A stretch of DNA of 59,388 bases from positions 3,801-63,188 of the forward strand of contig MEQT01000085.1 of assembly GCA_001770325.1 (NCBI GenBank), given 5' to 3'. The position numbers were made by a program, and so were the translations under genes. Shown here in pieces: positions 42,536 through 51,023 of this stretch. Positions within the stretch are counted from its first letter, which is position 1; the number at the start of each line of letters is the position of its first letter. The notes below the pieces were generated by a model. It saw nothing but the letters and a program-made list of their open reading frames with translations, did no database searches and was not told where the DNA came from. The stretch is from Betaproteobacteria bacterium RIFCSPLOWO2_02_64_14 (GTDB lineage: Bacteria; Pseudomonadota; Gammaproteobacteria; Burkholderiales; SG8-41).

Positions 42536-43671
42536 GCGAAGACGCGATGGACTTCAAGCCGTCGGCGGCGTGTTCGATCGGCGTCGAGCTCGAAGTGCAG
42601 ATACTCAATCCCCGCGACTACAACCTTGCGCGCGATGCCGCGGACCTGCTCGGGCTGCTCGACAAGACGCCACACCCCGGGGCGGTCAAGCCCGAGATTA
42701 CGGAAAGCATGGTGGAACTCAACAGCTCGGTCCACCACTACTACGCCACGCTGGCCGACGAACTCGGGAAGATCCGCGATGCGGTCGCGCGGGCGGCGGC
42801 GCGGCTTAACCTGCGCATCGCCGGCGGGGGATCGCATCCGTTCCATAAATGGGCCGAGCGGCGCATCTATCCCACGGAGCGCTTCAAGCACCTCCTCGAG
42901 GTTTACGGTTATCTCGCCAAACAGTTCACGATCTTCGGCCAGCACGTGCACGTCGGCGTGCCGAACGGCGACGAAGCGCTCTACCTCGCGCACATCCTGT
43001 CGCGTTACGTGCCGCACTTCATCGCGTTGTCGGCGTCCTCGCCCTACCAGCAGGGCGAGGACACGTCCTACCAATCCTCCAGGCTCAATACAGTGAGCGC
43101 GTTTCCGCTCTCGGGCCAGGTGCCGTTCGTACAGTCCTGGAGCGAATTCCTGGATTACTTCAGCCGGATGCGCGCGTTCGGCATCGTGGAGAGCATGAAG
43201 GACTTCTACTGGGACATCCGCCCCAAACCGGAGTACGGCACGGTAGAGATCAGGGTGTTCGATACGCCGCTCACCGTCGAACGCGCCGCGCTTCTCGCCG
43301 CGTACGTGCAGGCGCTCGCGCGCTACATTCTCAACGAAAGGCCGTTTCCACCCTCGCGCGACATGTACGAACTCTACAACTATAATCGCTTCCAGGCATG
43401 CCGTTACGGACTCCAGGGCAAGCTGGTGGATGCCTACAGCCGGAAACACGAGCCGATACGGGACGACATACTCGACACCCTGCGGGTGATTGCGCCCCAC
43501 GCGGGTGCGCTCGGCTCCGGCGACGCGCTGGCGCAGCTCGCGGAGAGCATCGAGGCGAACCGCACCGACGCGGTGTGGCTGCGTGAAGCGTACCGTAGCC
43601 GCGGTTCGCTCAACGACGTGGCGCGCATGCAGAGCGAACTGTGGATGGGCAAGGCACTGCTCACGACTTGA
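42532..43671 (+). CDS. ybdK: Carboxylate-amine ligase YbdK (glutamate-cysteine ligase family 2)
   Basis: IGVELEVQILN...PEITESMVELNS...LRIAGGGSHPF...FGQHVHVGV...YWDIRP...GTVEIRVFD is the GCS2 pattern. ATGA overlap with the antiporter gene. Confidence 0.8.
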   Translation: MSEDAMDFKPSAACSIGVELEVQILNPRDYNLARDAADLLGLLDKTPHPGAVKPEITESMVELNSSVHHYYATLADELGKIRDAVARAAARLNLRIAGGGSHPFHKWAERRIYPTERFKHLLEVYGYLAKQFTIFGQHVHVGVPNGDEALYLAHILSRYVPHFIALSASSPYQQGEDTSYQSSRLNTVSAFPLSGQVPFVQSWSEFLDYFSRMRAFGIVESMKDFYWDIRPKPEYGTVEIRVFDTPLTVERAALLAAYVQALARYILNERPFPPSRDMYELYNYNRFQACRYGLQGKLVDAYSRKHEPIRDDILDTLRVIAPHAGALGSGDALAQLAESIEANRTDAVWLREAYRSRGSLNDVARMQSELWMGKALLTT

Positions 43672-43675
43672 GACG

Positions 43676-44542
43676 ATGTTTCAGGAAAGCAATCTGCCGC
43701 AACCAGCGCCGCAGCCCGGACCGCTGAAGATCGGCGTCTCGCCGCGCTTCCTGCGCAGGGTCCCGCCGCAACTCGGCTTCAGGGGCAAGACCCTGCAGTA
43801 CCTGGAACAATCGGTCGCGCACTGGCTGATGACGGCCGACGCGCTGGTGTTCATGATTCCGTCGATCGAGGGCGGCGGCTTGCTGCGCCGGAGCAGCATC
43901 CGCGTCGCCGACTACGTGGCTGAACTCGACGCCCTGGTGCTGCAGGGCGGGGCGGACGTGAGCCCGCTCACGTATGGCGAGCAGCCGATCAGACCCGAAT
44001 GGAATGGCGATCGCATCCGCGACATGTATGAGATCGACCTCCTGCAGGAATTCGTCGCCGCCGGCAAACCGGTGCTCGGCATCTGCCGCGGATTGCAACT
44101 CATCAACGTCGCCTTCGGTGGCACGCTCTATCAGGACATCGACGCCCAGCGCGGCAATCCCCGCGTCCACCACAACCCGGAAGCCTACGACCAGAATTTC
44201 CACCGGATCGCCTTCACGCCAGACTCGGGTCTGGCGCAACTCTATCCGAATATCGGCACCGTTAGAGTGAACAGCATCCATCACCAGGCGGTCAAAACGC
44301 TGGGGAAGGACCTGGTCGCGGAAGCGATGTCGGTTCCGGACGGGATCGTGGAAGCCATACGCTGGCAGGGGGCGAGTTTCGTGGTGGGCGTTCAATGGCA
44401 CCCGGAGTTTCACGACCCCGCCAATCCCGATCTGCTGGACGGCAATGCGCTCTTGCTCGCATTTCTCGATCAGGCGGAAAAAGTGCGCGATCGCCACGCC
44501 GGGTTACCGGCCGGGCCGCCACCTGCTCTGCAACGAGGCTAG
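43676..44542 (+). CDS. Class-I glutamine amidotransferase / gamma-glutamyl hydrolase (peptidase C26, PuuD-like)
   Basis: PVLGICRGLQLINVAFGGTLYQDI ... SIHHQAV ... VGVQWHPE (Cys-His-Glu triad context). Start trimmed to ATG 43676. Confidence 0.8.
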   Translation: MFQESNLPQPAPQPGPLKIGVSPRFLRRVPPQLGFRGKTLQYLEQSVAHWLMTADALVFMIPSIEGGGLLRRSSIRVADYVAELDALVLQGGADVSPLTYGEQPIRPEWNGDRIRDMYEIDLLQEFVAAGKPVLGICRGLQLINVAFGGTLYQDIDAQRGNPRVHHNPEAYDQNFHRIAFTPDSGLAQLYPNIGTVRVNSIHHQAVKTLGKDLVAEAMSVPDGIVEAIRWQGASFVVGVQWHPEFHDPANPDLLDGNALLLAFLDQAEKVRDRHAGLPAGPPPALQRG

Positions 44543-44595
44543 AATGCATGCGTGCACCGGTATATGATGGTCCGGTGCTGGATCGGTGGGTGGCT

Positions 44596-46002
44596 ATGTA
44601 CCGCGTGCTTGCGTTGCTGTGTATTTCGATGCTGGCCGGCGCCTCGACCGCCGTGGCGGCTGATGCACCACAGCCTGTCGTGGTTCTCAGCCTCGTGGGG
44701 GCGGTCAGTCCGGCGACTGCCGACTATGTCGTGCGCGGCCTGAAGAAGGCGGCGGACCGGGGGGCGGGTCTCGTCGTGCTCAAGCTCGACACCCCCGGCG
44801 GACTCGATACCTCGATGCGCGGCATCATCAAGGCGATCCTCGCCTCGCCGGTACCGGTTGCGACCTACGTGGCGCCAGAGGGCGCGCGGGCCGCGAGCGC
44901 CGGCACCTTTATCCTCTACGCCAGCCACATCGCGGCGATGGCTCCGGCCACCAACCTCGGGGCTGCAACGCCCGTGCCGATCGGCATCGCGCCCAGTGGC
45001 GAGCCCGACAAACCGGCCACTAAACCCAAGACGGGAAAGCGCGGCAGCAAGACTGAAAAGCAGGAGGACGACGCCAAGGGCGACGCTGCGCCCAAGGGCA
45101 ATCTGACGCAGAAGCAGATCCATGATGCTGCCGCCTACATCCGCAGCCTGGCGCAACTGCGCGGCCGCAACATCGAGTGGGCCGAGCGGGCGGTGCGCGA
45201 CGCGGTGAGCCTGTCGGCCGACGAGGCGCAGCGCATGAAGGTGATCGATATCGTCGCGGGCGGGGTGCCCGATCTGCTCAAGCAGGTGAACGGACGAAAA
45301 GTCACGATACAGGGCGTGGAGCGCACGCTCGCGACGGACGGCGCCGAACTGGTCGCGATCGATCCCGACTGGCGCAGCCAGGTGCTCACCGTGATCACCG
45401 ATCCCAGCATCGCGCTGATCCTGATGATGATCGGCATCTACGGACTCATATTCGAGTTCTCGAACCCGGGATTCGTCGCCCCCGGCGTGATCGGCGCGAT
45501 CTGCCTGCTGCTTGCGCTGTTCGCGTTTCAGTTGCTCCCCGTCAACTACGCCGGGCTCGGACTGATCCTGCTGGGGCTCGCGTTCATCGTCGCGGAGGCA
45601 TTCCTGCCCAGCTTCGGTGCACTGGGCATCGGCGGTGCCGCGGCATTGATCATCGGTTCGGTGATCCTGTTCGAGCCGCAGGAAGGCGGCTACCGCGTCC
45701 CGCTGCCGTTCATCGTGACGCTCGGCGTGGTGAGCGCCGGGATCGTGTTCTCCATCGTCGCGATGGCGGCACGGGTGCGCAAGCGCATGGTCGTGAGCGG
45801 CGCCGAGTACCTGCTTGGCGCGCCGGGTATCGTGCTGGAGGACATGCAGGCGGAGGGATGGGCGCGCGTGCAGGGAGAGCGATGGCGTATCGTGAGCGGT
45901 GCGCCGCTCGAGCGGGGGCAGGCTGTACGCGTGGTTGGCATTGACGGATTGACACTGCACGTCGAGCCGGCTGCCGCGCAATCAATCGGAGGTGCGAGAT
46001 GA
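44596..46002 (+). CDS. NfeD-family membrane-bound ClpP-class serine protease
   Basis: Signal peptide [22 protein letters not shown]. ClpP-like [17 protein letters not shown]...[17 protein letters not shown]. Multiple TM helices and a C-terminal NfeD OB domain ([13 protein letters not shown]). Start choice 44596 versus 44548 is uncertain. Confidence 0.85.
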   Translation: MYRVLALLCISMLAGASTAVAADAPQPVVVLSLVGAVSPATADYVVRGLKKAADRGAGLVVLKLDTPGGLDTSMRGIIKAILASPVPVATYVAPEGARAASAGTFILYASHIAAMAPATNLGAATPVPIGIAPSGEPDKPATKPKTGKRGSKTEKQEDDAKGDAAPKGNLTQKQIHDAAAYIRSLAQLRGRNIEWAERAVRDAVSLSADEAQRMKVIDIVAGGVPDLLKQVNGRKVTIQGVERTLATDGAELVAIDPDWRSQVLTVITDPSIALILMMIGIYGLIFEFSNPGFVAPGVIGAICLLLALFAFQLLPVNYAGLGLILLGLAFIVAEAFLPSFGALGIGGAAALIIGSVILFEPQEGGYRVPLPFIVTLGVVSAGIVFSIVAMAARVRKRMVVSGAEYLLGAPGIVLEDMQAEGWARVQGERWRIVSGAPLERGQAVRVVGIDGLTLHVEPAAAQSIGGAR

Positions 46003-46772
46003 TCTGGGACTTTGGCATCGGCGGCGTGGTGATTCTCGTTGCGATCCTCGTGGTCGCGTCGTTTCGCATCCTGCGCGAGTATCAGCGCGGCGTGGTGTTC
46101 ATGCTGGGCCGCTTCTGGAGGGTCAAGGGCCCGGGGCTGATCGTCATCATCCCCGGCATCCAGCAGATGGTGCGGGTGGATCTGCGCACGGTGGTGATGG
46201 ACGTGCCGACCCAGGACGTGATCACGCGCGACAACGTGTCAGTCAAAGTCAACGCCGTCATCTATTTCCGCGTCATCGACCCGCAGAAGGCGATCATCCA
46301 GGTCGAGAACTTCCTTGAGGCGACAAGCCAGCTCGCGCAGACCACGCTACGCGCCGTGCTCGGCAAGCACGAACTCGATGAACTGCTCGCCGAGCGCGAC
46401 AAGCTCAACATGGACATCCAACAGATCCTGGACGCGCAGACCGATGCCTGGGGGATCAAGGTGGCGAACGTCGAGATCAAGCACGTCGATATCGACCAGT
46501 CGATGGTGCGCGCCATTGCCCAGCAGGCGGAGGCGGAACGGACCCGGCGCGCCAAGGTGATCCACGCCGAAGGGGAGTTGCAGGCCGCCGAGAAGTTGCT
46601 GCAGGCGGCTCAGATGCTGGCGCGCCAGCCGCAGGCGATGCAGTTGCGCTATCTGCAGACGCTGGGGAGCATCGCCGGCGACAAGAGCTCGACCATCGTG
46701 TTTCCGGTGCCGCTGGATCTGCTGGCGTCCTTCATGGAACTTGCCAAGTCGAAGGCGAATACCCCGGGCTGA
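45999..46772 (+). CDS. SPFH/Band-7 (stomatin-like) protein, NfeD partner
   Basis: [40 protein letters not shown]...[20 protein letters not shown] is the stomatin/SPFH signature. ATGA overlap with nfeD. Confidence 0.9.
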   Translation: MIWDFGIGGVVILVAILVVASFRILREYQRGVVFMLGRFWRVKGPGLIVIIPGIQQMVRVDLRTVVMDVPTQDVITRDNVSVKVNAVIYFRVIDPQKAIIQVENFLEATSQLAQTTLRAVLGKHELDELLAERDKLNMDIQQILDAQTDAWGIKVANVEIKHVDIDQSMVRAIAQQAEAERTRRAKVIHAEGELQAAEKLLQAAQMLARQPQAMQLRYLQTLGSIAGDKSSTIVFPVPLDLLASFMELAKSKANTPG

Positions 46773-46879
46773 TGCAACACGGTTTCGTGCGGGCGCCTGC
46801 TCAATCTGATTCAAGTGCCGCCGCGGCGATCTCCACAAAGACGCTTTTACGCCGATGCGGTCGGGTAAAGGAGCGAGCC

Positions 46880-47740
46880 ATGTCGTGTGACGGAGGGCGT
46901 GTGCGTGCCGGCTGGATGGTGGCGGCGCTGCTGGCGGCCGTCGCGATGCAATCCTTCGCGGCCGAGCGCGGGAGCGTACCGGTCGTTTCCGGCGGCGTGG
47001 GGGAAGACTCGGTGGCGCGCTTGCAGGCGCGTGAAAAGGAGTTCAACCTCAAGCTCGTGTTCGCGCTGGTCGAAGGCAATTACCTGGCGGACGTGGGTGT
47101 GACGATCAGCAACGCGGCAGGGAGGAGGCTGGTACAGCACGTGACCGACGGGCCGATATTCATGGCGCGACTGCCTGCGGGGACCTACGTGGTCACCGCG
47201 AGCTATAACGGCAACGCGCAGACAAGGACGGTTACGTTGCGCGGTGACAGGCTGCTTACCGAGTACCTGCGCTGGCCGGGCGATCCGCGGGTCGATTTTC
47301 CCGGTCCCGTGGACGGACGCAAGGGCGAGACCGCGCAGCGTCCCGGCGCCGCGACCACGGCCGTCGCGCCTCGGCAAGACATGGCTCCGGCGGGGATTGC
47401 ATTTATATCGGGCGGCATCGGCGAGGCGGCGCAGGCGCGGCTTCTCGCGCGGGAGAAGGAATTCAATCTGAAGCTCGTGTTTACGCTCGTCGAGGGTAAC
47501 TACGTCTCCGACGTGGGCGTTGACGTGAAGGACGCATCGGGCAGGACCGTGATATCGCACGTCACCGAGGGGCCATTCTTCCTCGCCAGGCTCCCGGCGG
47601 GCACCTATTCCCTGACGGCGGCCTACGGCGGGCAGAGCCAGGCACGCAAGGTGACCGTCGTGGCCGGACATCTGCGCACCGAATACCTCCGCTGGAAGAG
47701 CAATCCCCAGGCCGACACCGTGCTGCCACCCGAGCGTTGA
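46880..47740 (+). CDS. Secreted protein made of two tandem ~125-aa repeats, each ending in a carboxypeptidase-regulatory-like beta-sandwich
   Basis: Repeat 1: VSGGVGEDSVARLQAREKEFNLKLVFALVEGNYLADVGV...ARLPAGTYVVTASYNG...TEYLRW. Repeat 2: ISGGIGEAAQARLLAREKEFNLKLVFTLVEGNYVSDVGV...ARLPAGTYSLTAAYGG...TEYLRW. Signal peptide present. Confidence 0.65.
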   Translation: MSCDGGRVRAGWMVAALLAAVAMQSFAAERGSVPVVSGGVGEDSVARLQAREKEFNLKLVFALVEGNYLADVGVTISNAAGRRLVQHVTDGPIFMARLPAGTYVVTASYNGNAQTRTVTLRGDRLLTEYLRWPGDPRVDFPGPVDGRKGETAQRPGAATTAVAPRQDMAPAGIAFISGGIGEAAQARLLAREKEFNLKLVFTLVEGNYVSDVGVDVKDASGRTVISHVTEGPFFLARLPAGTYSLTAAYGGQSQARKVTVVAGHLRTEYLRWKSNPQADTVLPPER

Positions 47741-47875
47741 TCGTGGGTTCACGGGTAGGCGCCCAACTTCGCCGCGGGTGAGCGATCGCGGGTGCGCCCG
47801 GGCATCGGTGTTCCGATGCGCATGCGAAGGCGAGCTGCGGCGCGGCATCGCTCGGCTGGATCTCCTGTAAACCTA

Positions 47876-48892
47876 ATGGAGCAATTGATCTCTGTCTGGC
47901 TCCAGTTCGTCCTGTGCGTGGCGCTTATCGGCGTTGCCGGTGTGCGCCTGTCGCGCTACGGCGACATCATTGCCGAAAAAACGCGCACGGGCGGGACGTG
48001 GATCGGGATGGTGCTGCTCGCAACCGTCACCTCCCTGCCCGAGCTGGTTACAGGTGTGAGCGCAGTGACGGTTGCGGACGTTCCCAACATCGCAGTCGGC
48101 GACGTACTGGGCAGTTGCGTGTTCAATCTTGCGATCCTCATCGTGCTCGACTTCCTGCACCGCGACGAATCGGTCTATACACGGGCCAGCCAGGGACACA
48201 TCCTGTCGGCTGCGTTCGGCATCCTGCTCATCGGCATGGTGGGTTTCAGCCTGCTGCTCGAGCAGCAGGGCCGGATGGGCAGGGTCGCCCACGTCGGCTT
48301 CTACACCCCTGCCATCGTCCTGCTCTACCTCCTCGCGATGCGCACCGTTTTCCGTTATCAAAAGCACGAGATGGCGTCGTTTTTCGAACAGCGCGCGGAT
48401 CGTTATCCCGGCGTGACGTTGCGTCAGGCAGTGCGCGGTTACGCCATCGCGGCGCTGGTCGTGCTCGCGGCAGGAAGCGGGCTGCCGTTTGTTGGTGGCC
48501 GGATGGCCGAAGCGATGGGATGGCACGAGTCTTTCGTGGGGACGCTCTTCGTGGCGTTTGCGACTTCCGTGCCGGAACTGGCGGTGACCCTTGCGGCGCT
48601 GCGCATCGGGGCCCTCGACATGGCGATCGGCAACGTTCTCGGCAGCAATCTCTTCGATATCCTCATCATAGCCGTGGACGACGTTTTCTTTGTGAGGGGA
48701 TCGATACTGGCGCACGTGGCGTCGGCACATTTCGCTTCCGTGATCTCCGCGATGATGATGACCGGCATCGTCATCGTCGGGCTGCTCTACCGCCCGCGCC
48801 GCAGGCTCTTCAGGACCGTGGGCTGGGCGAGCCTTTTTCTGCTCGCCATCTACCTGGTGAACGCGTGGGTGCTGTACCAGCATGGCCAATAA
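47876..48892 (+). CDS. Sodium/calcium exchanger family (CaCA, YrbG-like) membrane protein
   Basis: Two alpha-repeat motifs (ATVTSLPELVTGVSAV..; GTLFVAFATSVPELAVTLAAL ... GNVLGSNLFDI). Start trimmed to ATG 47876. Confidence 0.8.
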   Translation: MEQLISVWLQFVLCVALIGVAGVRLSRYGDIIAEKTRTGGTWIGMVLLATVTSLPELVTGVSAVTVADVPNIAVGDVLGSCVFNLAILIVLDFLHRDESVYTRASQGHILSAAFGILLIGMVGFSLLLEQQGRMGRVAHVGFYTPAIVLLYLLAMRTVFRYQKHEMASFFEQRADRYPGVTLRQAVRGYAIAALVVLAAGSGLPFVGGRMAEAMGWHESFVGTLFVAFATSVPELAVTLAALRIGALDMAIGNVLGSNLFDILIIAVDDVFFVRGSILAHVASAHFASVISAMMMTGIVIVGLLYRPRRRLFRTVGWASLFLLAIYLVNAWVLYQHGQ

Positions 48893-48915
48893 CACGTAAT
48901 GGCCGGCGTGCGTGA

Positions 48916-48924
48916 TGCTAGAAT
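48916..48924 (+). promoter_or_regulatory. Candidate extended -10 promoter element TGcTAGAAT
   Basis: 31 nt upstream of the GTG start at 48955. No convincing -35. Confidence 0.3.
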
Positions 48925-48954
48925 CCGTGCCCTCGGATCGCGGAGGACAAGCAA

Positions 48955-50382
48955 GTGAGATATGCGAGCACGGTTCGCGCGTACCGCCTCGGCGCGGGCG
49001 CGCGCTTGCTTTTCGGCGCCTGTTGTACGCTTGCACCGGCGACGGGGTGGGGCGCGGTCGAGGGGCCGGCTGTGCTGGGTATTCCCGTGGACTTCATCCT
49101 GTTTGGCGCAACCCTGATCGGCGTCGCGCTCTTCCACCATCATACCTTGCGCGTCGCGCTCACGGGCCTCGCAGTCATCACCGTATACAAACTCTTCTTC
49201 ACCGGTTTCAAGTCCGGGCCGGGCCTTGCGGGACTCGCCGTGCACATGCAGCACGAGTGGGTGATCCTCACCAATCTGTTGTGCCTCCTGGTGGGCTTCG
49301 CGCTGTTGTCGCGCCATTTCGAGGAGAGCCGAATTCCGGACGTCTTGCCGCGCTTTCTGCCCGACGACTGGAAGGGCGCTTTTTTTCTGCTTGTCATCAT
49401 ATGGGTGCTGTCGGGATTTCTCGACAACATCGCGGCAGCCCTGATCGGCGGCACCATCGCGGCCAGCGTGTTCAGGCAAAAGGTGCACATCGGGTATCTG
49501 GCCGCGATCGTCGCGGCCTCCAATGCGGGCGGCGCAGGAAGCGTGGTCGGGGACACGACCACCACCATGATGTGGCTCGACGGCGTGAGTCCGCTCGCCG
49601 TGCTGGATGCCTACGTCGCGGCGTTCGCGGCGTTGCTCGTCTTCGGGATTCCGGCTGCGCTGCAGCAGCACCGATACTCGCCCATCCGCAAGGATCCGCA
49701 GCGAGGCGTGCACGTGGACTGGTATCGCGTGGGGATCGTGGCGGCGATCCTGGTTTCAGCCATCGCGACCAACGTGACCGTCAACCTGAAGTTCAAGCAC
49801 CTCGCGGATTATTTCCCGTTCATCGGCGTCGCGGTGTGGGTAGCGATCTTTGCTTGCGTGCCGTTGCGCAAGCCTGAATGGAAGCTGGTGCCGGAGGCGT
49901 TCAAGGGGAGCATTTTTCTGCTGTCGCTGGTGACGTGCGCCTCGATGATGCCGGTGGAAAAACTGCCGGCTGCCTCCTGGCCGACGACGCTCGGACTGGG
50001 TTTCCTCTCCTCGATCTTCGACAACATTCCGCTCACTGCGCTGGCGCTGAAGCAGGGCGGCTACGACTGGGGCATGCTGGCGTTCGCGGTCGGCTTCGGC
50101 GGTTCGATGATCTGGTTCGGTTCCAGCGCCGGCGTGGCGGTGTCCAATATCTTTCCCGAAGCGAAATCGGTGTGGCAGTGGCTGCGGCACGGCTGGCACA
50201 TCGCCGTCGGCTACGTCGTCGGGTTCATGGTCATGCTGGTGCTGGTGGGATGGCATCCGCAGGAGAAGCACAAAGTGTCCGCCATGGATTCAATGCTCCC
50301 GAGCGGCGTGGTCGGCGCACGGCTTGGTGGAGGAACCCCCCCGGCTCCGCCGGCGTCAGGAAAGTTGTTCCGCGGCAGCTGA
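48955..50382 (+). CDS. ArsB/NhaD-superfamily permease (NhaD-type Na+/H+ antiporter-like)
   Basis: About 11-12 TM segments. FLDNIAAALIGG ... SNAGGAGSVVGDTTTTMMW ... FDNIPLTALAL motifs are typical of the NhaD/citrate-transporter fold. GTG start. Confidence 0.7.
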   Translation: MRYASTVRAYRLGAGARLLFGACCTLAPATGWGAVEGPAVLGIPVDFILFGATLIGVALFHHHTLRVALTGLAVITVYKLFFTGFKSGPGLAGLAVHMQHEWVILTNLLCLLVGFALLSRHFEESRIPDVLPRFLPDDWKGAFFLLVIIWVLSGFLDNIAAALIGGTIAASVFRQKVHIGYLAAIVAASNAGGAGSVVGDTTTTMMWLDGVSPLAVLDAYVAAFAALLVFGIPAALQQHRYSPIRKDPQRGVHVDWYRVGIVAAILVSAIATNVTVNLKFKHLADYFPFIGVAVWVAIFACVPLRKPEWKLVPEAFKGSIFLLSLVTCASMMPVEKLPAASWPTTLGLGFLSSIFDNIPLTALALKQGGYDWGMLAFAVGFGGSMIWFGSSAGVAVSNIFPEAKSVWQWLRHGWHIAVGYVVGFMVMLVLVGWHPQEKHKVSAMDSMLPSGVVGARLGGGTPPAPPASGKLFRGS

Positions 50383-50409
50383 TGCCGCGATACCTGCCAG
50401 GAGGAAAAC

Positions 50410-50835
50410 ATGCTAAAGGCGCTTGTCCCAATCGATGGATCCAGGAACTCGGTGCGCGCGATCCGGCACCTGATCGATCTGGTCAGGGAGCGCGAACCGA
50501 TGGAAATCCACTTGCTCAATGTCCAGGAGGCCGCCGATGCCTGGGAGGTCCGGCGGTTTCTGAAGGCCAACGAAATCCGCCGCCGGCAACTGGAACACGG
50601 CAAGCAACGGCTGAAGGACGCGGAGGCCCTGCTCGACCGCGCCGGGATCCGTTACCAATCGCACGTTCTGATCGGCGATGTTGCGGCCACCATCGCGCGG
50701 TTGGCCAAACGTCAACGCTGCGACAAGATCATCATGGGGACGCGCGGCATGGGAACGGTGGGCAGCCTCATCCTTGGCTCGGTGGCGACCAAGGTGATAC
50801 ACCTTTCGCAGATTCCGGTCACGCTCGTCAAGTAG
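50410..50835 (+). CDS. Universal stress protein (UspA family)
   Basis: LVPIDGSRNS... and C-terminal IIMGTRGMGTVGSLILGSVATKVIHLSQIPVTLVK (ATP-binding G-2x-G-9x-G(S/T) motif). Confidence 0.9.
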   Translation: MLKALVPIDGSRNSVRAIRHLIDLVREREPMEIHLLNVQEAADAWEVRRFLKANEIRRRQLEHGKQRLKDAEALLDRAGIRYQSHVLIGDVAATIARLAKRQRCDKIIMGTRGMGTVGSLILGSVATKVIHLSQIPVTLVK

Positions 50836-50874
50836 AACACGGGGTTGCACCGGGCGCCGGGCTTGATTTCGCCC

Positions 50875-50883
50875 GGGGGGGGG
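50875..50883 (+). repeat. G9 homopolymer tract in the usp-TRAP intergenic region
   Basis: gccc-GGGGGGGGG-tat, read directly from the sequence. Confidence 0.95.
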
Positions 50884-50903
50884 TATACGATTGCCACGCA
50901 GTA

Positions 50904-50961
50904 GCATGGCATTGCGAATCGTGAAATGCTCCCCGCGAACCGGCCCCACTCAATGCCATGC
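50904..50961. promoter_or_regulatory. Perfect 11-bp inverted repeat GCATGGCATTG-N36-CAATGCCATGC upstream of the TRAP operon
   Basis: Read directly. Flanked by a direct repeat AGTAGCAT (50900-50907 and 50974-50981). 63 nt upstream of the SBP start. Confidence 0.5.
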
Positions 50962-51023
50962 CGCACGAAGCTGAGTAGCATTACCGGAAGCCTTCCCCTG
51001 TAACCAGCCCATTGGAGGAGAGA

